Below are positions 23,400 through 34,660 of a stretch of 36,802 nt of DNA, one piece after another. The position numbers and the translations under genes were made by a program. Numbering within the stretch: position 1 is the first letter of the stretch; the number at the start of each line of letters is the position of its first letter. Origin of the DNA: Phoronis australis. Its lineage: Eukaryota; Animalia; Phoronida. The notes beneath the pieces are model-generated. The model did no database searches and was not told the origin of the DNA. It saw only the letters and a program-made list of their open reading frames with translations. Location of the stretch: NCBI GenBank assembly GCA_002633005.1, contig NMRA01000018.1, positions 840,275 to 877,076 of the forward strand. The letters run 5' to 3'.

Positions 23400-25571
23400 T
23401 AGGGCCTCTAGAAAATGGTTTTTGTGAGTACTTTAGGGAGCAATTTTATTTTGGTGTATTTTAATTCATTTATTAGAGTGTTTTCAAAATCTAAAAAGTT
23501 CCCACATATAAAGTTGCACATTTTTGAGAAATTTGTGTTTGAAGTTACCTAATAATCACCAAAGAGCTTAGTAAACTTATATTTGTAAAAACAACAGTTT
23601 TGGTGACTTTTTTGTAAAACAAGTAATATGGTCGCATCAGTGCCATTGTATTGAACAATATTGCACTCACATTACATGTTTAACTATTGTAGATTAATTG
23701 TGAACAGTGAAAAATTTAAAAAATGTAAAGAGACACCTAGTGGCGAAAATGCAAACTAAGTCTGAATATTACTAGGAAGTTATTCTGGCATTGTCTGGCA
23801 ACAAAAATAACACAAGACACTTGAGACAGGGAAAAATTTGTGCCTCAATGACTAAAACATTGACTAATAGTGTAAAATACAGCTTGTTTGCATAATACAC
23901 TAGAAATACGTTATAGTACAAAAACAATATAGTTGAATGATCTCTGTGAATGTGCACACAGACCGTATGAAAATAATAGATTATCCTGAAAGCGTTTACC
24001 AAGCACCGCAGTATGAGACAAATACATGACAATGATCAAAGTATGTACTTTCTTTGACTTAATAACAAATAAAATTAACTTTTTAATACAAAAAACGAAA
24101 TAACAGGGTTAGAGGTCTATTTAGGCTTGACTTTTCAAAGAACTATCCAATGTTATGCAGTCAGTGTTGCTGATGTTACTACAGTTGTCACAGCTGCACA
24201 TTTCTAGACGGTTTGACCCAGCATTGCAGCACAAACTCATTTTCCCAGCACACATGTTCTTTTTGCACTTGCAGCGTTCATCGTTTAGTACTGTCAATGG
24301 AGATGCGGGTATTGCCATACATTTTAACTGCAAAGCTCCACTGCCAAGGAGCCAACTATGGTCGATTAGAGAGGGTACAGCACTGCACACTGGTGACTGG
24401 CCCTCAGGCAATGAAGGGTCAAACACTAAGTCCTTGTTTGGAGGCGGGGAGGAATTGGGCAAACGTTTGATTCAAAATATGTTATAATGGACTGTGTTAA
24501 TTAGAGTCAGCAAGTGAATTATTGAACACTAGCCTCAATTCACTTTCGTATATCTTAGTCGGGTACAAACTACAATAGTGAGTAGCTTCAACAATATTTC
24601 TTAAGATTGCCTGTCCAAATAACTTCATGCACACCAGCTTTCTGAAGAACAGCTTCAAAGTCTTGCTTTAGTTTTGAAAGGCACATAACATTTTCATGTG
24701 TTAGAAGCTTTGATTCAATGAACTCCAGACAAAACTGTAGAAAAACATCTATGAAATCTGCGGATTCGTCACTCTTCACAGTCGTTGTCTTTCTATTTTT
24801 ATAGCATGATGATCTGTGGTATTTGGCTTCTAAGACACAAGGTCTTTATCTTTAAATTTCATTTGCGTATTCAGGGCTCTGGACTGAGCTGTTGCTTGCG
24901 ATACAAGTCCAACTGAAAAAAACGAACTGTTAACACTAATTTAACATTCAACTATGAGTGAGTTGGCATGCAACTTTTTCAGATGGACTTATCAGGAACT
25001 GATCCACCACCAGCCTAACAAATTTACATGCCATCTGATCTGTCGCCTAAAAATGTTGATCGTCTAAAAATTAGATTAATTGATGCAACTGAAAATAAAT
25101 CAGCTGATATACCAGTGCAGTGATTGATATATATATTTTTTAAATCAGATGGTCAATCGATTTACACTTAAGGTAATCGACCTTTGACGAAAAGGACAGT
25201 GGCTTCCATTGTCCTAAAATTACGGCGACGATGGCCACTTAGGCTCTTTAATTTACATGTAATTATCATTTCAGCTACCTAAGTAATTAATGTTTACAAA
25301 AAATTTACAAGAGGTTCCCCGTATCCCAGGACTATGGCAGGGGATGACGGCATGTGGTTTGCAACCATCTACTCTACTTAACCTTCTCAAAAAATTTTTG
25401 ACTTAAAGTGCTTTAAAATCACACCCACAGTATAACGCCATATGATTATCCCTGAGCGCAAGCAGTGTCGATGTGGCAACTGAACAATGGCGTGTTCGAA
25501 AAACAGGAGTATTTGTTTAAACTGGGAACAAATGAAAACATTAACGACTTCCTCAGAGGCATCTCTCTATG
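23400..25571 (-). mobile_element. Academ-like internally deleted element nested in Kolobok A
   Basis: Candidate terminus TAGGGCCTCTAG at 23400, with transposase relics on the minus strand. The other end is not seen and may be in the gap. Confidence 0.55.
24121..24860 (-). pseudogene. Academ-like transposase relics: N-terminal EAKYH..C motif close to the C-terminal Cys-rich (CXC/Cys8) finger
   Basis: KDLV/LEAKYHRSSCYK (~24800-24850) and PSLIDHSW...PASPLTVLNDERCKCKKNMC...CCNAG...EMCSCDNCSN (24121-24400). The catalytic core between them is missing. Confidence 0.7.
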
Positions 25572-26418
25572 NNNNNNNNNNNNNNNNNNNNNNNNNNNNN
25601 NNNNNNNNNNNNNNNNNNNNNNNNNNNNNNNNNNNNNNNNNNNNNNNNNNNNNNNNNNNNNNNNNNNNNNNNNNNNNNNNNNNNNNNNNNNNNNNNNNNN
25701 NNNNNNNNNNNNNNNNNNNNNNNNNNNNNNNNNNNNNNNNNNNNNNNNNNNNNNNNNNNNNNNNNNNNNNNNNNNNNNNNNNNNNNNNNNNNNNNNNNNN
25801 NNNNNNNNNNNNNNNNNNNNNNNNNNNNNNNNNNNNNNNNNNNNNNNNNNNNNNNNNNNNNNNNNNNNNNNNNNNNNNNNNNNNNNNNNNNNNNNNNNNN
25901 NNNNNNNNNNNNNNNNNNNNNNNNNNNNNNNNNNNNNNNNNNNNNNNNNNNNNNNNNNNNNNNNNNNNNNNNNNNNNNNNNNNNNNNNNNNNNNNNNNNN
26001 NNNNNNNNNNNNNNNNNNNNNNNNNNNNNNNNNNNNNNNNNNNNNNNNNNNNNNNNNNNNNNNNNNNNNNNNNNNNNNNNNNNNNNNNNNNNNNNNNNNN
26101 NNNNNNNNNNNNNNNNNNNNNNNNNNNNNNNNNNNNNNNNNNNNNNNNNNNNNNNNNNNNNNNNNNNNNNNNNNNNNNNNNNNNNNNNNNNNNNNNNNNN
26201 NNNNNNNNNNNNNNNNNNNNNNNNNNNNNNNNNNNNNNNNNNNNNNNNNNNNNNNNNNNNNNNNNNNNNNNNNNNNNNNNNNNNNNNNNNNNNNNNNNNN
26301 NNNNNNNNNNNNNNNNNNNNNNNNNNNNNNNNNNNNNNNNNNNNNNNNNNNNNNNNNNNNNNNNNNNNNNNNNNNNNNNNNNNNNNNNNNNNNNNNNNNN
26401 NNNNNNNNNNNNNNNNNN
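25572..26418. other. Assembly gap (N run)
   Basis: Run of N. Confidence 1.
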
Positions 26419-27546
26419 AAGTACTCACAAGGATGAACGCTATGAGATCTGGCCCACCGACTAACAGGTTCCGAGCCACTGGCCGGGATAACAAGCGTTT
26501 TGTGTGTTTAGAACTCAAAAAATCACAAGTATAAACAACACAGATCTAGATTCTCCTGTCTTCATTTCACGTAAGAATACTTCGAATTTAATTCCGAACA
26601 GACCCCAAACTCCTGCTACGAACCTTGGTAAATTGGCCTGCCGAACTTTGTAGGTTACGGTGTGTCCAAATAATACATCGTAACAGCGAAATAAAACAAC
26701 ACGTTTTTATAAGAACTCGGTGTATTTTTAAGGGTTTTACGTCGAAGTTTAATGCTTTATGGATGTTAAACGATGAATTCAAGCGATAAGCTGACACCAT
26801 TAACCCGTGTTGTGAACTGCTGAACAGACTGCGTGTGAAACCAATTACGTCATTGGATAATTTCAACACCTCCGTCTGCCGTCAGGTGTCAGGTAACACA
26901 ACCGAACCGGCCGTTATCGAGTAGTACTACTCGATCTAAATTGATACAAAATAGGTTGTTTTTTGGGTGGCACTCTCCTTTAAGTTGAGTACGACAAGTC
27001 CTACTGAAGCCATCACTGCACTCAGTTTGAGGAGTCAGTGCAGAAATTGTGCATGTATAAGAGAAGTCGGTAATATAAGGTAAGGTGTCTTGCAAGAGGA
27101 CGCTGAGCGTCGAGGTGGGTGGTGTTGCACGATTCGGTGAGAATGCCTTCACGCGCTCTGAAGACAAGCCGCGCGCGCGACAAATAAACAACTACATGAG
27201 TCTTTACAGATAATCCGTGCTTCTGTGCTGGGAACAAGCCGTGGAGAAACTAGGCTGTCAAGCCCAGAGGATTTTTTAACTTGCCACTGGCCGTAACCCA
27301 AAGAATTAGAGAAATGACCCAGTGTTCAACATAACAAAATTATTCTAGTGCATAGATTAAAACGCAACCCTGAATTAAAACTCATGATATACGATTCTAG
27401 AGGAAAGCAATATAAGAAACTTTAGAAACTTCAGAATCTCACCCAAGCGACCCTATATGCGCAGAAAGTGATATTATTCATATCCCAAAGTCCATTCGGT
27501 ACAGGCACGTAAAAATGTTGAACCATTACTATGAAAGTAGTTCGTT

Positions 27547-27789
27547 ATCCTCGTCGCCAATATTGTCATGTAGACAGTAACGCGGCGATTTGATATAACA
27601 CATTATATTGGTTGATGATAATATTGGAATACTAACAAATAGGTCTGTCTAATATAGTTAGAGAGTCTTTTACTAACTGAATGGAGAGTTCAGATGAATC
27701 GTATAAAAAATCAACACATGGTTTTGATGTGTGGTCGGCACAACAGTACAGCAGACAATAGATCAACGCTAAGCTCCGCCCACGTGACA
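27547..27789 (-). repeat. LTR-like unit (27564-27789) plus 13-nt tRNA-Ser(GCU) PBS inside Kolobok module B
   Basis: Minus strand TGTCACGT...AGTAAA...ACATGACA-ATAT-TGGCGACGAGGAT. Confidence 0.65.
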
Positions 27790-28523
27790 GCCATACTTGT
27801 TTTGGTCCACGGTCGTGCTTCACACGTTCGAAAAAAATGATTAAAATTACGCTGTAAACAAACAGGTATGTCACATTTTCTACACATGAAGTAAAAACCA
27901 GCTTTGTTTCTAGTACTTCAACAAAAATTGGAACATAATGACCATGCATTCTGAACGAAATTTGATCTCAAGTGGCAATCGATGGACCGCTTAACTTCAA
28001 AGCCGTTTAGTTCTCGGCTCGTGATTTCAGGATAGTGACAAGATTCTCGGGCCCATTGTTCCGCAACACGTGGGTCAAACTTTACGAAATTTGCAAATTT
28101 AAAATCCTCTAGGACTGAAGTAAAATCGCGTGCCAGGGTTTTTTGATAAATGGACCAGATTTTTAGTTATTAGACGGAAAGTGACCAAATGACAAAAAGT
28201 GGGGTGCTTGCCCCAACTCACACACAGGAAATGCCACAAAATCAAGATGATAAGGATTTTGTACATATATTTGGTATGGATAAGTAGAATATTGCGTAAG
28301 GAAACAGTTGATGATGATTCCTGTGCATTTTGAAAAGAAAGTCGTGGTAAAATTGGATTTTTTGAAAATTAAAAAATACTTTTTAAAAAAACGAACTACA
28401 AAAAACTCTTTTTTCGAGTCAAGTCTAACTAGTTAAAACTTCCTTTTTACTCATTTTAGTTAGGAACCTGGAGATTTGAACAGTGAATACACCTACCTTA
28501 ATGTTATATATGTTGTTTTTCAG

Positions 28524-29150
28524 GGCGTTACACCACTTGTGACAGACAAGCATTTGTGGACTGCTCCACTGACAACTGCCAACACTTTCAACTTGCATAG
28601 CAGCGAGTTACTAGAAGGTGTTGATGAAGACAAATGAATTGAGAAGGGGTCACCTGATCATGATGCATTCAAAACAACCCAAGATTGCTGAAGAAGGACT
28701 CACCTTGCATCAATAGCAGGTACCCATTCTAACTTTGGATAATGGCACATTATAGCATTCAGTAATGTTAACAGCAACAGAAAGGGTATTGTTTTTCAAA
28801 GATATCACTGAGCAGCCAATTGCCAACTCACGTTAACATGGATTTGATGTTATGTTGTAGAACAAAAGATATGTGCTGGGAATTTTCAACCTGCTGATTC
28901 TTATGTACTCTGGCAAGCATTTCGCTACTCTCAAGGCCTTGTGTAACGGCGTACCAGAATTGACCTAATAAACAATAACTTTTATCCAGCAACGTGTTGT
29001 TTGTCAGGTATTATGGCAGCTTGTACATGTAAACTAAGGTGTGTCAAGAATGATGAGTTCTAAATGGTCAGATAAATCGTCATTCAAAATCCAGGCGATA
29101 GGTCAATTCTGCTAGCTGTCAATGATCCCAGCAGGCTAGTCCTGTAAGAT
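28524..29150 (+). pseudogene. Decayed Kolobok transposase, C-terminal exons
   Basis: Exon 28524-28719 (ALHH..DKHLW...HSELLEGVDEDK*IEKGSPDHDAFK...RLLKK) lies between AG/GT splice sites. The exon from 28861 reads IFNLLILMYSGKHFA/YS...SKWS...NDPSRL and resembles the Kolobok ILMYxxKRFxYS region. Confidence 0.65.
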
Positions 29151-29538
29151 GAAGATGGCAGTGCAAGGTAATTAATATAGCTCAGCCAAACATGCATTTT
29201 GGCAACAACTCAGTATTTAACAGGGGTTTAACACTAAATTGTAAGTGGCCATTTGCGGGGTAGTGGTAAAATGAGTGATACTTTATGATTGTGCCAGAAA
29301 CAAAGGAGCAAACACAAAATTGAGATGAGACGACGTGGGAAGGCCTTTTCTGCAATGAATAAACCATGCCACGTCATGTTATGTCCCCAAGGCTACATCA
29401 GTGCAGATAATGGCAAAAAGAACACCTGCAATGCTTCTAAGAAAGTTGAATTTGATTGTCTTTGCATGGGAGATGATTAAAATAACCAAAAACTAATTTG
29501 ACATTTGAATTAAAAATGTCCGAGTGTACTCATGTCCT

Positions 29539-29560
29539 GTGTGGGTGTGTGTGTGTGTGT
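29539..29560. repeat. (GT)n microsatellite
   Basis: Read directly from the sequence. Confidence 0.9.
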
Positions 29561-30516
29561 ATTTTCATCCACGCAATGTTTCCTTCTCTTTATCAACAAG
29601 TGAAGTCTTTGTAACATAGTTATGAACACTTAGAAGTTTTAAGTGTCCTCCCCCTCATATTAGCACAAAGCGTGAGACATAGTATTCATGACCATCTGCC
29701 CATACCTATGTAGCATGATATCTCAAGAAGGAAGTTTTGTTTGTATTTTGTGCTGAAGTTTAGATGAGGCATCTCCAGGCAATTTTGACAGTCTTGACTT
29801 TGAATTCACGGTCACATTTAGAAAATCAAAATTTTACTTGGAAAAGGTTTGTGCATGCAATTGTGTGTATTTGCACAAAGGTGTATGTGGCCTATCTCCA
29901 GGCATTAGTCATATTTTGAAGGTCACAACTGGCAATTACATAGCCCTGAATGCCGCATCTAACCGAGCAACCAACCAAGGGATTACTTGTTGCCTAAGGT
30001 CACTGTAGCATTTTCATTTCATTGACCTAATAGACATGAAAATACGTCTGTTATTTTTGTGTTCACAAAGGTTGAGAGACACTTTCATTAAGATTGGTTT
30101 CCCTTTAAAATTATGAAAGCCTTGAAAATTATCATATCCTGATAGGCATAGCAGTGACACAGCTTTGAACATTGGGTGACCTATGAGTCCACAGTAACAT
30201 TCTACACCATATCAGCAATTTGACTTGGTATCATAGAACTAGTCACGAGTCATTGGTCATGGGTGTCCTCATTTATTTGGAAAACTCATTTTGAACGCCC
30301 CATTTTTTAAATCGTGTATGAACCACCTGCTAAACTCTAATATGTTGTAGGGAACAATTTATTATTTATTGTTTTCTTTTCTTTAAATGTGTGACACTCT
30401 AATCACTTAATTAACCATATGTAGTATATCTTATATTTTGAGTAATAAAAACGATGTGATCCAGTGTTTGAAACCACTTCGAAAAAGTTTCTAAAACACT
30501 GAAAGAGGTGCATAAT

Positions 30517-30682
30517 CATGGGCAGATCCATGATTTTGAGTTACAGTGTAGGTGGGGGGCAGGGCAGAGTATTAGCCAGGATTTTGCCTGTCAGACACTG
30601 GCACTCCCGTGCTGCCCAATGAAATCTTGGAGAATTTTAGGAGGGCCATGGTCCCCTTGGCTCCCCTCTAAATCTGCCACTG
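30517..30682. mobile_element. hAT-like MITE with apparent 5-bp TSD
   Basis: ATAAT|CATGGGCAGATCCA...TAAATCTGCCACTG|ATAAT. Confidence 0.6.
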
Positions 30683-30808
30683 ATAATGTACTAATTGTTT
30701 TTAGAGTTTCATATGTTTCACACTCTTCATGTTTCAGGGTAAATCTATGCTGCTACATTCCTTTTTGTGTCTGGCAATAAAATTGAAACATTTGTTATTC
30801 TTTTTAAG

Positions 30809-31060
30809 GGAGCAACTTATCTTCAACAAGAAGAACAGGAGATGGTTGTCCATTCCAGTGAAGGCTTCTAAGAGCTATGACTGTATCAACGAGCTGATGA
30901 TTGTGAAAACCCGGTTACAAGACATGTCAGACATGCACTGCCTCCATGTGCATTAAAGCAAAATGACTCCCGCTTGTTGTCTGACAACATTGATGTCTTC
31001 GAATGATTGTCATCAGTAGAAGTCAATGTATCAAAGAAGCTGCCTGATGGACGTTATTTA
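30809..31060 (+). pseudogene. Kolobok transposase terminal exon relic
   Basis: After a pyrimidine tract and AG: IFNKKNRRWLSIPVKASKSYDCINELMIVKTRLQD.../LKQNDSRLL. This matches the FxKxxxRW..VK..KxY...DDPR pattern. Confidence 0.7.
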
Positions 31061-31924
31061 AGATGAGATGGTCACTGGGTGTAATTCAGTCATGTGCCCT
31101 AGTTTGTTGCAGAGGATCATCTGGTACTGCAGTTTGGCTTATAGTCATGATATATCCAGTTATGCAGAAGTTATGTTCAGTCAGGCCGTCGACCTTCATA
31201 CACTGCCATGGGTAGTTTATGTAGTGTCAATTTGGAAACCGTCAAGGCATGAAATTTTCCTCTTTTAAAAGGATTTACTCTTTTTTGGTTTCGATTTCCT
31301 CTGATTACATTTCCAATTCCCTCGTTAAGTCTCTTTTTGATCATTACTTTGTCTTTTATGATACCAAAATTCACATGGAAAATATTCCTCTTTTTTGTCA
31401 TTGGTCATTCCAAGCCCTGAATATTAACCGTGTGCAAATAATTTCTTTATGGAGCATTTGGTTTACATAGACACTTTCTACATTGTGAGTAAGATACAAC
31501 CGGTACTGGTATTACCTGTTTTAACTTGTATTACCATTGAATGGTTTTCTTGATTCTTAACTATTTTCTCATCCAAATGTGTAGTCTGTGGTACAATGTA
31601 CATGTATGTCTTCAAGTGGGTCATTGAGAGACAGATATGTGTTTACATATTTTTGGCTGTCAAGGGTCACCATAAAGCTTCTGTGTTACGTAAAATTATG
31701 TATGCTTTTTCAGTGATGTTTTACTGCTTAGGCAATTCTCATTCATTTTAAAAACCTGCATTTAGGCATCTTGAATTTGAGAGTGATGGTGTTGAACATT
31801 ACTGTATTTGCAATGGCTGCACTGTTGGGTTAAAAGTTGTGCTTGTAAGTAAGGTGTGTTACATGAGTAGCAGAGTACTCGTGATAAGTCATTGCAAAAG
31901 CTAAAGAGCCTTAAAGCAGAAAAT

Positions 31925-32260
31925 GTTGCAACTTTTGATTATGGGCCATGGCCAAACACCCAGGAAACCATGTCTGATAAAAGGACGCATTGTTTTGATA
32001 ATTTTGTTCAATCCTCATTCTGTCATCTGCTAATGCATCATTGGCGTTAATCAGGAAGGACAAAAGCAGGAATCAACTAAAAACTCATACCCCTATCTCA
32101 CAAATTAGACATTATGGTCCTTGGTTGGTGGTCTTTCCCACATTTGCGTGTAATTCGCTAAAAATGTAGTTGATACTTTTACCATTTAGCAGACTTGAAA
32201 TTTTCCTCCAGGTTTTGAGGGTGGTCGATGGTTACAAAGCATTAATCTGCTGCAGAGAAC
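31925..32260 (-). pseudogene. Possible second, more decayed KolX relic
   Basis: Fragments CFVTIDHP, FQVC and MVSWVFGH occur in KolX order but with many disruptions. Confidence 0.3.
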
Positions 32261-33394
32261 TGGGTGGGAAGTTGCTTTTAGAATCATTAAATAGGCAAGA
32301 ACCGGGCTTGCTGTCCTTCTGAGTAAGGTTTATTTTTTGATGTCTTTGTCCCTAGTCTAACTATGAAACATAATTTTTGAAAAGTTCAACTCATGACTAG
32401 TTTTTTTTTTGAAATTGAGGCTTGTTGGACTACATGACTGTAACTAATTTAAGAATGATAGGTTCTTGTTGTAAGTCAAAATCCAAATGGACTTTTTATA
32501 CTATACTAAAAAATAAAAAGTTCACACTGACAGTTGTGATGTTTGTACATTTGTTGCTTTAGTTTTCTTAGAAATTACGTTTGTTGTCAACGCACATGCT
32601 GCTAAAACTACATCACTTATACTCTCCTTTATGTACAAAATCACTGGTAGAATACCTTAGCCTAACACTCTAGTGACTTATTGAAGTTTCAGACATTACA
32701 ATTCAACCTCAGTTTAAGTCCTTTGTAATCGGTATTCTAGTGTTAAAAACATGAAGTTTCTGGTAGTTGAATTTATCTATATTTTGCTTTCAGTATAACA
32801 CAGATATTAGCCAACAAAGAGCTATTTAAAATCATTGCTGGCTTTTATTTCAGATGGTCCATTCCTCCAGAGTTAAAATCTAAATAAAATTTTGAGGCAT
32901 TGTACTACTTTACCAATGAGGCATAAAATAAGAGCAAGTTTTCAGACTAATTGTCACACTCATACTACTTATACTTCAAAATGGCTGATAATGATTTCTC
33001 TTGCTCTTAAAATACATTGAAGTATTCTCATGCAATTCACACATTTGATGCCTAAATAATGCATTTATGAAATGTTGAGTAGCAATAGAAATATGGACAA
33101 CACGGTATGTTAATAATGAATTTTTTGGGGGAAAATATCAACAGAGGTTGACAGTTAACATTATAGCCCCTGGATCAATGTTGAAACGTTTGGAACAAGT
33201 TATTTGACACTCCTGTTTTTTTGGTGGTCAACATAAAGTTGTGGCGAAGACCTCCCACTTTGAATCACAGAATTACTCTGGTGACAACGCGATTTTAGCA
33301 CGAAGAGTGAAACGCTTTCATCTCACAGACCAAGTAACAATTGTGCACAAGCAGGTTTCAATGCTCAGCTACAATTGTGTAGTCTGTATGTCCC

Positions 33395-34145
33395 AATGAG
33401 TCTGTGAATATTTTTGTCCAAACACAACTGGGCAACTCTGTCCACATGTCTCCCAAGATGTCCATGTTGCCCAAGATAAAGTTTTTGTATGCCTGATGTC
33501 AATTAGACACATTCTGGTCAGTCTCTGGCTTCAGTGTCATCACATTTCGTTGCAGTTTGTCAAAGGCAGGTACACCTTCTCCAGGCAAAACACTTGGAAA
33601 TCCTGAAAGCATTGGTAAAATATATTTTCATGAGGTTTCGGCATTACTGCAGATTTGATAAGGAACATTTGTCTCTTGAAAATGAATTATAAACAACAAC
33701 TGGCTGATAGGGGTTGACATCTTATATTGGACAATCAAAACGTACAGAATTATTTACATTATTGCTGACTGAACTCAACAATACTTCTGTGAATTGACAT
33801 TTGGTTGGTTTTGGATGGGACTTCCTACTGAGATTTGATTTGAGTTCTTGGCCAAATATTTGTTTTTCTTCAAAAGGTGATTTGAATTATATGGCTGTAT
33901 ATCTGTTTAAACCAATTGAAGACTCAAAACTAAAGTAGCTATAGGAGTCTGTAAAATGTTTCCCACTGATATACGTAGGCAGTAATAAAAATTTCGTAGT
34001 GATTAAATTTTTGACAACCGTTTAGTGAATACATACAGTTAGCCGCTTGCTGCCCACAGCACAGTTTTATTTCCGGTTGGCATTTCTTGACACCTGTGAC
34101 ATGGCACCATGATGGATCTTCTGATGGTGCTGGGTCATAATCCAA
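33395..34145 (-). pseudogene. KolX (P2X7 C-terminal-like Cys-rich Kolobok accessory protein), decayed, in two segments
   Basis: Stitched PSWC/CHRCQEMPT/KLCCGQQAANC (34020-34145) and FQVFCLEKVYL...HQAYKNFIL/QHGHLGRHV/LPSCVWTKI (33395-33620). Convergent with the transposase relics, as in Kolobok. Confidence 0.75.
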
Positions 34146-34420
34146 TGATAGTGAGCTCTGGTAGCCTAAATTCTAAACTCGGGTTCTTGCTTGGCAACAT
34201 CGAACAGTAGGTCTCTCAATTCCTTTTTTATTCATGCGACTGACTCGACCCTAAAGTGAGAGTAATTCATTGACTACATTCACAGTATTGAGAACAATTT
34301 TTATTACTTTTATTTGTATTGTAGGATTTATTTGCCAACAAGTACAAAGACAACCACTGTATGGCTATCAGATTTTTCATTGAAATCATCTACTGATTTA
34401 GGATTGGGTTTTGGTAAACT

Positions 34421-34660
34421 CATAGGCGCTGCCCCCCCCCCCTCCTTGGCTGAGGGGGGGGGCTCAGATCCGATCACACGTGTCGCGGACCTGTGCAAAC
34501 GCCCTCTCGTTTTTTTGTCCACTGCTAGCTTTGTAGTACGAGGACCAAAAATTCGAGCCCCCTTGATTTTTCGGGCTGGGTTCTCGCATTCAATCCGAAA
34601 TCACAATTGCCCAAGACAAAATGTTGGGGCCCCTTTTATGGTATCCGAGATCCGACTCTG
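34421..34660 (-). mobile_element. hAT-like MITE, same family as 16961
   Basis: Reverse complement CAGAGTCGGATCTCGGATACCAT...GGGGCCCCAACATTTTGTC matches 16961-17007. Left boundary approximate. Confidence 0.6.

Larger units (their letters stand above)
22693..26979 (+). mobile_element. Kolobok DNA transposon A (deleted derivative with THAP relic)
   Basis: TTAA|AGGAGAATGCCACCC...GGGTGGCACTCTCCT|TTAA (14/15 TIR match, RR..YY termini, TTAA TSD). A THAP domain lies near the left end. The element spans an N gap. Confidence 0.82.
22272..28497. mobile_element. Non-autonomous Kolobok-type element B (probable extent, hosting element A)
   Basis: TTAA|GGTAAGTGGATACAC at 22272 and GTGAATACACCTACC|TTAA at 28497 (12/15 TIR match). 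27360-28497 is the inverted homologue of 35684-36802. A weaker alternative left end lies at 27079. Confidence 0.6.

Noticed and set aside
25465-26534. Long ORFs of 321-325 aa (and those at 6759-7116)
   Set aside because: Artefacts of translating N gaps.
27075-27095. ATAA|GGTAAGGTGTC as the left end of module B
   Set aside because: Weaker TIR match and imperfect TSD compared with 22272; kept only as an alternative.
29650-30190. Helentron/HLE2-like decayed repeat
   Set aside because: Only vague motif resemblance; termini cannot be defined.
31250-31460. L1/Tx1 APE endonuclease start on the minus strand (TVNIQGL...KKRNIF)
   Set aside because: Needs several frameshifts, and downstream catalytic motifs are not visible.
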